Source: Prochlorococcus sp. AG-355-B18 (GTDB lineage Bacteria > Cyanobacteriota > Cyanobacteriia > PCC-6307 > Cyanobiaceae). From it: a stretch of DNA of 64,000 bases. Under the pieces are notes generated by a model. That model was not told the DNA's origin. It saw only the letters and a program-made list of their open reading frames with translations, and searched no databases. Made by a program: the position numbers and the translations under genes. The stretch spans positions 1 to 64,000 of the forward strand of contig QCDI01000005.1 in the NCBI GenBank assembly GCA_003280965.1, in the 5' to 3' direction. This document shows positions 9,700-20,279 of the stretch, piece by piece. Every line of letters begins with the position of its first letter. The first letter of the stretch is position 1.

Positions 9700-9805
9700 T
9701 GATATTTGAATTAATTTTTTTTAAAAATTGAATTTTTGCGAGGTTTCCTTATAGCAAGATGTAAAAAAACTTCAAACCCTTACAACAGCTTATTTGTGGG
9801 TCTAT

Positions 9806-9847
9806 ATGACATGAAGGAGGTCAGTGGTTCGAATCCGCTTGACTCAA
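9806..9847 (+). repeat. Degenerate copy of the tRNA-Ala 3' half (att-like remnant 2)
   Basis: ATGACATGAAGGAGGTCAGTGGTTCGAATCCGCTTGACTCAA vs 7242-7283: 35/42 identical, ungapped, counted by hand. Confidence 0.85.
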
Positions 9848-9983
9848 CTTATTTTTGCTAGTCATATCAGGGGTTTTGAGGGCGTTTTCGTAAAAGCATA
9901 ACTTTTGTACATACTTGTCCAAGCTTGTTTAGTCAATTCTGCACCCTAAAATGCATTTAAGGACATTCTTAAGTTGCTACAAA

Positions 9984-10381
9984 ATGAAACCTTTAAATTG
10001 GGTCGAACTTACAAGGCAAAAATCAAAGCCAGAAATGGTTTTGGTTTGTCAATAAAAGGAATAGAAAACAAAATAAGGTAATAATAAAAATTGTTTATAG
10101 ATTTTCTACTGGTCAAAGATCAACAGTTATTACTGACATCGAATGGAATACTAATAACTGAAAAAAGATTCAAGATTTAATAATAGAATTTGAGACTTTG
10201 ATGTATGAAAGGCATGTTTTTTTAAAAAAAGCATATGAATTAATTGGGAAGCATTAGTAGATGAATTTGTTAATAAAGAGGTAATAGAAGAGAAACAACT
10301 TAGTGAGATTTGAGGTTAAGAATGAAGCGAGCTTTACAAGCGCTAAATAATAAACCACTTCCAAGAAGACGAGGTAAATGA
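9984..10381 (+). pseudogene. Decayed N-terminal part of a picocyanobacterial tRNA-targeting tyrosine integrase
   Basis: Frameshifted or stopped pieces: MKPLNWVELTRQ/IKARNGFGLSIKG/VYRFSTGQRSTVITDIEWNTNN*/NWEALVDEFVNKE/RGNRRETT**DLRLRMKRALQALNNKPLPR. Lies ~135 bp after an att-like copy. Family recognised from memory only. Confidence 0.55.
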
Positions 10382-10602
10382 TTTTAAATATGATCGTAAA
10401 TCATAAATTGCTCGTAGGGCATTAAGAGAAGATGATATGGAAGCTAAAGAACCGGTGGATATAAGAATTTAAAGCTATAGTTATTATCAAAATTAATATC
10501 TTTTGACAAATAATTGTAAATAAAAATATAGAAGTGATAAAAAATCTATGATAAAGTGTGTAACTAAATATAAATATTATTTAATTAATAATTCTAAAAA
10601 AG

Positions 10603-11814
10603 ATGGAGAGAGAGAAAGCGCAAGTGTTTGAAAAAATAACCTATCAAAGTAAGATCTTAATTAGTGGTGATCACCTATTAACTTTTATAGTTCCTGTTTA
10701 TAATACTAGTGAATATCTTTTGATGACTCTTAATTCTATAGGAAATTTTTTAAGTGATTACATTGAATTGATAATAGTAGATGATGGTAGCAAGGATAAT
10801 AGTTCAGAAGTAATTTTAAATTGGATTAAAAGTTCCAAGACCAAAACCAAAACTATATTTATTCAACAAAATAATAGAGGATTATCTGAAGCCAGAATGA
10901 CGGGAATAAAATATTCATCAGGCAAATATATAGGCTTTTGTGATAGTGATGATTTCCTCAACTTAAACACTTATCTAAAAATGGCACAAATTGCACAAGA
11001 ACAAAATTTAGATATTGCAATGTGTAGATCAAACGTTTTTGATCATAATTCAGGAGAATCATATGATTTCTACGATACACATTATTGGTACAAAGTTTTA
11101 GGAGAAAAAGATTTTATGGTGACTAATACTTTAAGTGATCCTGAAATTCTCATGATGGAACCAAACGCTAACACCAGAATAATTAAAAAAGAATTTTTAA
11201 TCAAAAATAATATTTCTTTTCCAAGTAATCTATATTTTGAGGATGTACCGGTACATTTTATCTCTTACACAAAAGCATCAAAAATATTGCTATTTAATTC
11301 TACGGGTTATTTTTATAGAGTTGGCAGACCTGGTAAAATTACAGACTCTAAAAGTAGTAAAAGGTTTGATGTTTTGAATTCTATAAAATTAGCAACTGAA
11401 TACTCTAATAAAAGTTCAATAACCCTTGAACAAAAATCATCATTACTTTTTTATTCTTTGAGGGTCATATTTTGGTGTGGAAGTAATACATTAAATAATG
11501 AAAAAGTTAAGTTTTTTAATGAGGCATGCAAATTATTCCAGAATGAATTTGAACTTGATTGTTATTTATATTGTTGTGAAAATCTTTTAGAAAATAGTGA
11601 GAAATTAATTCTTTCAGCATTCTTTACTGGTAATATAAATTACTTATTAAAAACATCAGTATTTCTTAAAAAGAGTAAGCTTGATATTATAAAACTTATG
11701 ATGGAAAAACAATTTGGCATTTACCCCCGCAAAATTGCCAAAACTGTTTTCAAAGATTGGATAAAAGATAAGATTTGGAATATGCGAAATAAATTAAGAT
11801 GGAGATCTAGATAA
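10603..11814 (+). CDS. GT2 glycosyltransferase
   Basis: FIVPVYN, IIVDDGSKD, GLSEARMTG, FCDSDD, FEDVP. Confidence 0.9.
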   Translation: MEREKAQVFEKITYQSKILISGDHLLTFIVPVYNTSEYLLMTLNSIGNFLSDYIELIIVDDGSKDNSSEVILNWIKSSKTKTKTIFIQQNNRGLSEARMTGIKYSSGKYIGFCDSDDFLNLNTYLKMAQIAQEQNLDIAMCRSNVFDHNSGESYDFYDTHYWYKVLGEKDFMVTNTLSDPEILMMEPNANTRIIKKEFLIKNNISFPSNLYFEDVPVHFISYTKASKILLFNSTGYFYRVGRPGKITDSKSSKRFDVLNSIKLATEYSNKSSITLEQKSSLLFYSLRVIFWCGSNTLNNEKVKFFNEACKLFQNEFELDCYLYCCENLLENSEKLILSAFFTGNINYLLKTSVFLKKSKLDIIKLMMEKQFGIYPRKIAKTVFKDWIKDKIWNMRNKLRWRSR

Positions 11815-13409
11815 TGTTAAGAATCGCTGAAGCAAAAAAATTAACTGATTATCTAAGTGGTGATTTGATATCTCAATTTTTGGAAGAAGATATTCATAGA
11901 CTCACTAATAACTTTTTTGGATATCAACAAATACCTTTTTATGCCGATAGTAATGTTCTTATCTTAGGAGCTCGCTCAGGATTAGAAATTGTAAGATTTG
12001 CTTTAGAGCCTAATGTTAAAAAGATTTTTGTCGTCGAATCTAATAAGGCACTTCAAGAAGAAATATTATTATGTTTAAGTATGTTTGACGATAAAATCGA
12101 ATTTTTTTCAAATTTATACAATATAAATTCTCTTAATTCATATTCAAGTAAGGAAAAATTTAAATTTGATTATGTGAGACTAGATATTGGCTTTTTATAT
12201 ACAAAATCATATTGTTATTATCCTTTAGATCAATATAATATGAATATTTTTGATCTTTTAAAGAGTTTTGAAATTTCACATTTAGCGGGAGAAATCGATG
12301 AAAAACTTGTAAATCCAATTCAATTAATAAGGCTTCTAAAAAAGGATTCGGAATCCTATTTTTTAAGGAGTAATTCTCGAAAATCAATAATGTCAGGTAC
12401 TCGAAGTAATTTTAAGTATGAAGTTTCTATAGTAGTCCCTTGCTATAAAGTCCTCCCTTGGGTTGATAGATGCATAAATAGTCTTCTTAATCAGACAATT
12501 AAGTCGATAGAAATAATTGCGGTTAATGATGGCTCTCCAGATAATACTGGTATTCATCTGGATAATCTTGCCAAAGAAAATCCAGAAAAACTAAAAGTTA
12601 TTCACAAAACAAATGGAGGATGTGCCTCAGCCAGGAATGCAGGAATAAAAGCTGCGAATGGAGAATTTATTGGCTTTGTAGATGCAGATGATTGGGCAGA
12701 TTCCGCAATGTTTGAGGAACTCTACAAAGCTGCAGTCCTTAATTCTACTCTTATTTCTCAATGTGGATATAAGGAGGTTTTTGAAGGAAGCAATAAGACA
12801 ATTTTTTATAATGATTCTTTTGGAGGAGATCTTGATAATGGTCAAAGAGGTGTAGTAAAAGAACCAAGCTCTTTAATATTACTAAGACCGACTATATGGA
12901 GAAGAATTTATTCTCAAGGTTTTTTAAAGGATAACAAATTATTTTTTGCAGAAGAAATAAAACGCTTTGATGATATGCCTTTTCAGTTTCAAGTATTTAG
13001 CTTAGCTAGAGAAATTTCAGTTATACCTGATTGTTTTTATAACTACAGGCAAGAAAGAGTTGGACAAGATATTTCTGTAAGAGATGAAAGATTATTTGTG
13101 CATTTTCAGATCTTTGAAAATATTAATAAGAATATTATTTCTTGGGCTGATAGTAATATTGAGAGAGAATTAATAAAACAAAAATTAAATACTTATCTTT
13201 GGACACTAAAAATCATTAGAAAAAAATATTTTTGGAAATACTTTAAAATGGCTGCTTTTGATTTAATTAAAAAAAGACAAAATATAAAAATTTTTGAAAT
13301 CATTAAGATTGCAAGAATTAACAAATCAAGACTCTTTGTAACCCTTGCGTTTGTTTTAATAGTAATTTTTGATTCATTAAGAAGATTTTTATTTAAATTA
13401 CCAAAGTAA
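11814..13409 (+). CDS. GT2 glycosyltransferase with an N-terminal methyltransferase-like region
   Basis: VSIVVPCYK, VNDGSPD, GCASARNAG, FVDADD; N-terminal VLILGARSG...FVVESN. Confidence 0.85.
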   Translation: MLRIAEAKKLTDYLSGDLISQFLEEDIHRLTNNFFGYQQIPFYADSNVLILGARSGLEIVRFALEPNVKKIFVVESNKALQEEILLCLSMFDDKIEFFSNLYNINSLNSYSSKEKFKFDYVRLDIGFLYTKSYCYYPLDQYNMNIFDLLKSFEISHLAGEIDEKLVNPIQLIRLLKKDSESYFLRSNSRKSIMSGTRSNFKYEVSIVVPCYKVLPWVDRCINSLLNQTIKSIEIIAVNDGSPDNTGIHLDNLAKENPEKLKVIHKTNGGCASARNAGIKAANGEFIGFVDADDWADSAMFEELYKAAVLNSTLISQCGYKEVFEGSNKTIFYNDSFGGDLDNGQRGVVKEPSSLILLRPTIWRRIYSQGFLKDNKLFFAEEIKRFDDMPFQFQVFSLAREISVIPDCFYNYRQERVGQDISVRDERLFVHFQIFENINKNIISWADSNIERELIKQKLNTYLWTLKIIRKKYFWKYFKMAAFDLIKKRQNIKIFEIIKIARINKSRLFVTLAFVLIVIFDSLRRFLFKLPK

Positions 13410-13444
13410 ATATATATAGATTAACTGCAAATATCTATATTTCT

Positions 13445-13790
13445 TTATCTACATCCGTTTGGATTTTTTTTCTTGCCAATTCCAAATGTCTCTACACATA
13501 TCATCTATATTTAATTTAGCTTTCCAATTAAGTATTTTTTCCGCTTTAGAGGGGTCTGCATAATTTGCATCAATATAACCCTCCCGTCTCTTTTTAAATT
13601 CAAATTTAATTTTTTTTCTGCTCTAATTTTTAAATGATTTGATTATTTCAAGAACTGAATAACCTCTACCGGTTCCTAAGTTTATTTCAGAACAATTAAG
13701 TTCATTAATTTTTCAATGGCTTTTATATGACCCTTTGAGATATCGATTACATGTATACAGTCTCTTATTCCTGTTCCATCTTTTGTCTCC
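13445..13790 (-). pseudogene. galE: Decayed 3' third of a second galE
   Basis: [24 protein letters not shown]/(frameshift)/[23 protein letters not shown]...RREG...YADPSKAEKILNWKAKLNIDDMCRDIWNWQEKNPNG, colinear with the C-terminus of 16158-17177. Confidence 0.9.
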
Positions 13791-13862
13791 AATCCTCTTT
13801 AAACATGATAAAGGAAATATTTTTAAAGCAATTACTAAATAAGTTTTTAAATTATAAATTCT

Positions 13863-14741
13863 TCATATTTTAAATAAGCCGTCAAAAATAGCTTTAAAGT
13901 ATAATCTTAAACTTTGAACATTAAATTTGTTTTTTGATATTTGGAGAATTTTAAGTGATCTTATTAAAGAAAAAATTATTGCAATTAATTTAATAAAAGA
14001 ATATTTTTTTACAACGAATAGATGATTCCTAATATCTAGATAATGCCTCTTACCAAAATCAGAAGCAAGACGAGGCTCCAGTTTGTTAGGGTGCTTAATC
14101 TTGCTGCTTGGGACTAAAAAAATGGAGTAATTTGATGATCTTAACCTCAATGAATATTCCATATCATCATGGGATATAAAAAATTTTTTTATTGGAACTC
14201 CAACATCTAACACAGCGTTGCTGTTAATTAATAGTCCAACAAATGATGCAATATCAATATTTAGAGATTTTCCAGTATGATTTTTATTTAAATTAATGGT
14301 CTTGGTTGTGCCTATTCTCCAGTTGAAATTTTTTTGATGATAGCTTGCTGTTTTTCCGCCCTCTATTACAGAGCTACAAAAAGCTCCAATTGTAGAAGTT
14401 TCTTTGATCTTTCTCCTTACCTTCATTATATTTTCGAGTGCATTTTTGTACGGACAAGCATCATCATCCATTATCCATATCCAATCAGGCTTATATTTCA
14501 GAGAAGTTGTAATGCCTTTGGCAAAACCTCCGCTACCTCCTTGATTTTTTGAAAATCTAAATATGTGAATTTTTTTCGTAATATTTATTAGAGTTTTTAC
14601 TGGGGTATCTGAGGCATTATCTATAACAATAATTTTTTTTAGAGGATAAGTCTGATTTGTAAGGGATTTTATTAATTTAACAAAGAGTTTTGGCCTGTTA
14701 TGAGTAACTAGTACAGCTATACATTTATCTTCCCTTATCAT
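13863..14741 (-). CDS. GT2 glycosyltransferase (galactofuranosyl/rhamnosyl-transferase-like)
   Basis: VLVTHNR, VIDNASD, NQGGSGGF, WIWIMDDDA, DDMEYSLR; directly downstream of glf. Confidence 0.85.
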   Translation of the reverse strand: MIREDKCIAVLVTHNRPKLFVKLIKSLTNQTYPLKKIIVIDNASDTPVKTLINITKKIHIFRFSKNQGGSGGFAKGITTSLKYKPDWIWIMDDDACPYKNALENIMKVRRKIKETSTIGAFCSSVIEGGKTASYHQKNFNWRIGTTKTINLNKNHTGKSLNIDIASFVGLLINSNAVLDVGVPIKKFFISHDDMEYSLRLRSSNYSIFLVPSSKIKHPNKLEPRLASDFGKRHYLDIRNHLFVVKKYSFIKLIAIIFSLIRSLKILQISKNKFNVQSLRLYFKAIFDGLFKI

Positions 14742-14743
14742 GT

Positions 14744-16053
<1,310 letters not shown>

Positions 16054-16157
16054 TATTTAAAAGAATTTTAAATAATGTATCATATCAAGTTACGAATAAT
16101 AAAATAAAAAGATAAAAATTTAAGTTATAAATAATAAAAAATATTAAATTTCAAAAT

Positions 16158-17177
16158 TTAAATATTACCTAGACCCTCAGGATTTAATCTTTGCCAATTC
16201 CAAGTGTCTATGCACATTTTATTAATATCAAGTTTCGCTTCCCAATTAAGTAATTTTTTTGCTTTGGATGGATCGGCATAATTTTCTGCTATGTCTCCTT
16301 CACGTCTTTCTTTGAACTTAACTTTTATTTCTCTCTCAGTTACTTCCTGAAATGACTTTATTATTTCAAGCACTGAATAACCTTGACCTGTCCCTAAATT
16401 AATTTCTGCACAATTTAATTTATCCAATTTTTCAATTGCTTTTATATGACCTTTTGCCAGATCAATTACATGTATATAATCCCTAACCCCAGTGCCATCA
16501 TTAGTTTTATAGTCATTACCAAATACATTCAAATGTGTTCTTTTCCCTACTGCTACTTGGGACAAGAAAGGCATTAAGTTATTAGGAATACCTTTAGGGT
16601 CATCGCCTATTTGACCACTTTTATGAGCTCCAACAGGATTGAAGTATCGCAAAATACAAATTCTCCATTCTGAGTCTGCCCTATATTGATCTCTCAAGAT
16701 ATTTTCAAACATTAATTTGGTCTTTCCATAATTATTATGTGGGCTTAAAGGATGATTTTCTGTTAAAGGTAAAAATTTGGGAGATCCATAAACTGTAGCG
16801 GAAGAGCTGAATACAATTTTTTTTAATCCAGTTTCTTGCATAGCTTCTAAAAGGGATATACCTCCACTTAAATTATTTGAAAAGTACTTTAGAGGGTTGC
16901 TTTCTGATTCGCCAACAGCTTTGAAACCAGCAAAATGAATGACTGATTCACATTTAAACTTTTCGATGGTTTTTTTTACTTTATCCTTATCTTTTATATC
17001 GCATTCTACAGCTTCTATTCTTTGTTTAGAAATTTTTTCTAGTCGACTAATTACTTTTCTATTGCTGTTGGAGAAATTATCTAAGAGAATTGGATTGTAT
17101 CCTGAATTTATAAGTTCAAGAGATGTGTGACTTCCAATATAACCGGCACCACCAGTAACTAATATATTTTTCACCAT
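16158..17177 (-). CDS. galE: UDP-glucose 4-epimerase
   Basis: TGGAGYIGSH, FSSSATVYG, YGKTK, LRYFNPVGAH, DGTGVRDYIHV. Confidence 0.96.
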   Translation of the reverse strand: MVKNILVTGGAGYIGSHTSLELINSGYNPILLDNFSNSNRKVISRLEKISKQRIEAVECDIKDKDKVKKTIEKFKCESVIHFAGFKAVGESESNPLKYFSNNLSGGISLLEAMQETGLKKIVFSSSATVYGSPKFLPLTENHPLSPHNNYGKTKLMFENILRDQYRADSEWRICILRYFNPVGAHKSGQIGDDPKGIPNNLMPFLSQVAVGKRTHLNVFGNDYKTNDGTGVRDYIHVIDLAKGHIKAIEKLDKLNCAEINLGTGQGYSVLEIIKSFQEVTEREIKVKFKERREGDIAENYADPSKAKKLLNWEAKLDINKMCIDTWNWQRLNPEGLGNI

Positions 17178-17375
17178 AAATACTAATTTAATATCAATTA
17201 TGTTAATACACTAAATTGCTCATATATTAGTTAAACATAATTGTAAGTAAAAAAATTAAATAATTTTGAAACTAACTCTATATCACTTTTATGTACTAAG
17301 TTTTAATTCCTCAAAAAAACTTTATGGATTGAGTTAAAATAGAAATGATTTTAAGTAGTCTTAAGCTAGGCTTTT

Positions 17376-18110
17376 ATGATTTCATTAGAAAATATATCTT
17401 TATCTATTCCAATTTTTACTAATGAGACACGTCAATTTAAGAAAACTTTATTGAAATCTGTAACGGGTGGTTTATTACAGAGAGATTCAGCTGAAGTTAC
17501 ATATATTAAGGCTCTCTCTAATGTTAATTGCAAAATTAATAGAGGGGATAAGATAGCTCTAATTGGTCATAATGGTTCTGGGAAAACAAGTTTTTTAAAA
17601 TTAATTTCAGGAATTTATGCTCCAACATCTGGAAACATTCTTGCAGATATTAAAGTATATCCCATGATTAATAAAAGCTTCATTACTAGTGAAGAATTAA
17701 GTGGATATGTCGCTGCAAGATCTTTTTATATGATGACTCATGGTTCTTATAGTGGTTTTGGAGAATATCTTGAAAAAGTTGTTGATTTTTCAGGTATTGG
17801 TGATTTCATCTACTTACCAATCAAGACATATAGTCAAGGAATGGCATCAAGATTATTATTTACAATTCTCACCTCCTTTGATCACGAATGTTTAGCTTTA
17901 GATGAAGGTTTTGGTGCTGGTGATAGTAGTTTTACAAAACAAGCTGAAATTAGAATGAGTGAGTTTATAGATAAAGCAGGTACTTTGATATTTGCAAGTC
18001 ATTCTGAGGAGTTACTAGGCAGATTTTGTAACAGAGGACTAGTTTTTGAAAAGGGTAGTATTATTTTTGATGGTTCTCTTAATGAAGCTTTAAAATTATA
18101 TAAAAAATGA
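17376..18110 (+). CDS. wzt: Polysaccharide export ABC ATPase (Wzt-like, no C-terminal carbohydrate-binding domain)
   Basis: GHNGSGKT, PIKTYSQGMASRL, LALDEG; 244 aa. Confidence 0.85.
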   Translation: MISLENISLSIPIFTNETRQFKKTLLKSVTGGLLQRDSAEVTYIKALSNVNCKINRGDKIALIGHNGSGKTSFLKLISGIYAPTSGNILADIKVYPMINKSFITSEELSGYVAARSFYMMTHGSYSGFGEYLEKVVDFSGIGDFIYLPIKTYSQGMASRLLFTILTSFDHECLALDEGFGAGDSSFTKQAEIRMSEFIDKAGTLIFASHSEELLGRFCNRGLVFEKGSIIFDGSLNEALKLYKK

Positions 18111-18892
18111 AAGAAATAATTTATTCATTAACTTATGCTTGGAATACCAGGAATACGTGGTGGTATACCGCCACTGCAAGAACTAAAGCTAGATTTGCCA
18201 GAACCACCTTGGGAGGGTTTTGGTTGGGTTTATCAAATATTTTGTATATTGCTCTGCTTTCAGCAGTTTATGGAGCTGTATTTAAGGTGGATAATTTTAG
18301 TAATTATGTAGTTTATCTAGGAGTAGGGTTAGTAGCTTGGAATTCTATAGCAAGTAGTTTTTTATCTGCGCCAACTTTATTCGAAGCAAATTCTCAGAAA
18401 ATATTAAATACAAATACTAAACATATTTTTTATCCCTTAGAGGAATGGGCTTTCCAAATTCAAACATTCTTTCAATCTTTATTTTTAGTACTAATTGCTT
18501 TAAGCTTTTATCAATCAAATATTTTTTTCAATCTTATTAAAGTTGGATTTTTACCCTTAATCAATATTCTATTACTCATATTTTGGTTGCCAATCTTTAT
18601 ATCTATTATAGGGCTTAGATATAAAGATTTTTTTCAACTTGTGCCAATTATTGTTCAATTGATTTTTTTATTATCCCCTTTTCTTTATGAAAAGAAGACA
18701 CTTGGATCAATAGGTTGGATAGCAGATTTTAACCCCATATATCAGGTGGTTAATAGTTTCAGATCTTCAATAATATCTGGTGAACTTTCCATTTTGTTGT
18801 ATATATCAATAACAATATTCAATATTTTAGGGATATTGTTTTCCCTATTTATACTAAATAAATCAAAAAAGATTCTTCCTTTTTTAGTTTAA
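18107..18892 (+). CDS. wzm: Polysaccharide export ABC-2 permease (Wzm-like)
   Basis: RFARTTLGGFW, RYKDFFQLVP, FNPIYQ; ATGA overlap with wzt. Confidence 0.85.
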   Translation: MKEIIYSLTYAWNTRNTWWYTATARTKARFARTTLGGFWLGLSNILYIALLSAVYGAVFKVDNFSNYVVYLGVGLVAWNSIASSFLSAPTLFEANSQKILNTNTKHIFYPLEEWAFQIQTFFQSLFLVLIALSFYQSNIFFNLIKVGFLPLINILLLIFWLPIFISIIGLRYKDFFQLVPIIVQLIFLLSPFLYEKKTLGSIGWIADFNPIYQVVNSFRSSIISGELSILLYISITIFNILGILFSLFILNKSKKILPFLV

Positions 18893-19045
18893 TAATTCCA
18901 TTATTGATTTATTCAAAAACTTCTGAATACTTTAAGTCATTAGCCATTTGATCTTTCGAAGATTTTATTGGTTTTCTATTTGTAAAGATGCTGAAAAAGA
19001 GAAATATTTCAAAAATTTTATTCATTTATTTATCCAATTTTTTAT

Positions 19046-20044
19046 TTATAATTTTTTTAAAATTAAAGCAGCAAAGAGTTCTATGTTACCTGTTAACTTT
19101 TGACTATAAATTCCTGATTTATAAAATAAAAAAAATCTCTTAAAAATTGACTTTTTCCTTAGTTCTGAGAACTTTTTTAAAGTTAATAAATTCTCATTTG
19201 TGAGTAAATATTTTTTTTTATTTAAAGAGTTTAAATTTATTTCATTCCAATTTTTATATTGATTTTGAAATAAATTCCTAATACGTTTCATCCTATCCTT
19301 CAAAGAATTATTTGAACCCAAAAAGTTATTTTTATGTTGCCTATATTTTATAGATGGTTCTAAGTCATAGTATATATCTCCCCCGGAACCCGATATTATA
19401 AGATAACACCACCAATCATGTGAAACAAAATAAATATTTTCAATTGATTCACAAATTATATTTTTTGCATTTTGGTTAAAAACAATTGTATTTCCAGCAG
19501 CTATATTTTGCACTATGGCATTCTTAAAAGAAGGTTTTTTGGAGTAAGGATGTGATTTTCCTAATTCTAAAGAGCAATCTTCATTAAAATAAGTGGTTCT
19601 TGAAAAGTATAGATTAGAGCTGGTGGATTTTTTATCTTTTAAAACTTTTATTGCCTTCTCAATTTTATTTTTTTCCCAAATATCATCTTGATCTGAAAAA
19701 CAGTAAAAATCATATTCGGGGACAATAGACTTTAAAGCGTAAAGAAAATTCTTTTCATAGCCTATATTTTTTTTTAACTTCCTATAAAAAATATAAATAC
19801 CATTTGAAATTTTAAAATTTAATCTTTCAAGCGAAGGAAAATCTTCATCACTATTGTCGTCAGATATATAAATACTTAAAGTCATATTCTCAATTTCTTG
19901 ATCAATTATTGATTGTAATTGTTCTAATATATATTTTGAACCATTAAAATATGCCAACACACAAGCTATTTTTTTTTTAGAAGGATATATTTTATCTCCA
20001 TTTAAATTATTTTTCTTATTTAATATTATCCATTCTTCTTTCAT
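19046..20044 (-). CDS. GT2 glycosyltransferase (rhamnosyltransferase-like)
   Basis: YFNGSKYILEQLQSI, SDDNS, FSDQDDIW, SHDWW, YRQH. Confidence 0.9.
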   Translation of the reverse strand: MKEEWIILNKKNNLNGDKIYPSKKKIACVLAYFNGSKYILEQLQSIIDQEIENMTLSIYISDDNSDEDFPSLERLNFKISNGIYIFYRKLKKNIGYEKNFLYALKSIVPEYDFYCFSDQDDIWEKNKIEKAIKVLKDKKSTSSNLYFSRTTYFNEDCSLELGKSHPYSKKPSFKNAIVQNIAAGNTIVFNQNAKNIICESIENIYFVSHDWWCYLIISGSGGDIYYDLEPSIKYRQHKNNFLGSNNSLKDRMKRIRNLFQNQYKNWNEINLNSLNKKKYLLTNENLLTLKKFSELRKKSIFKRFFLFYKSGIYSQKLTGNIELFAALILKKL

Positions 20045-20279
20045 ATTTCTTTAAATAAATCAACTTTATTATAGGCTTATTGAATATATTTAAGGAAATA
20101 AAAAACTTTTTCTATATACCTATGATATGAATTTTATAGTTTTGGTTATTAAAAGATAATTTAGAAAAAACCTTCTTTGTGTTTCTGTTTTGCATCATAA
20201 AACTTGTTAATTAAGAAAAAGGTACATAACAATCTTAAGATTAAAAGAATTTAGAAAAAAACAATAATGATTAAAATAT

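Noticed and set aside
8773..9847. The two tRNA-like segments as functional tRNAs or a CRISPR-like array
   Set aside because: They contain only 3' halves with mismatched stems, are spaced 1-1.5 kb apart, and no cas genes are present.
9901..9920. LexA box in the integrase leader (TGTACATACTTGTCC)
   Set aside because: Half-site spacing does not match the boxes seen at lexA.
10382..10472. Short coding-like fragment (ARRALREDDMEAKEPVDIRI)
   Set aside because: Too short and interrupted to assign; may be unrelated debris.
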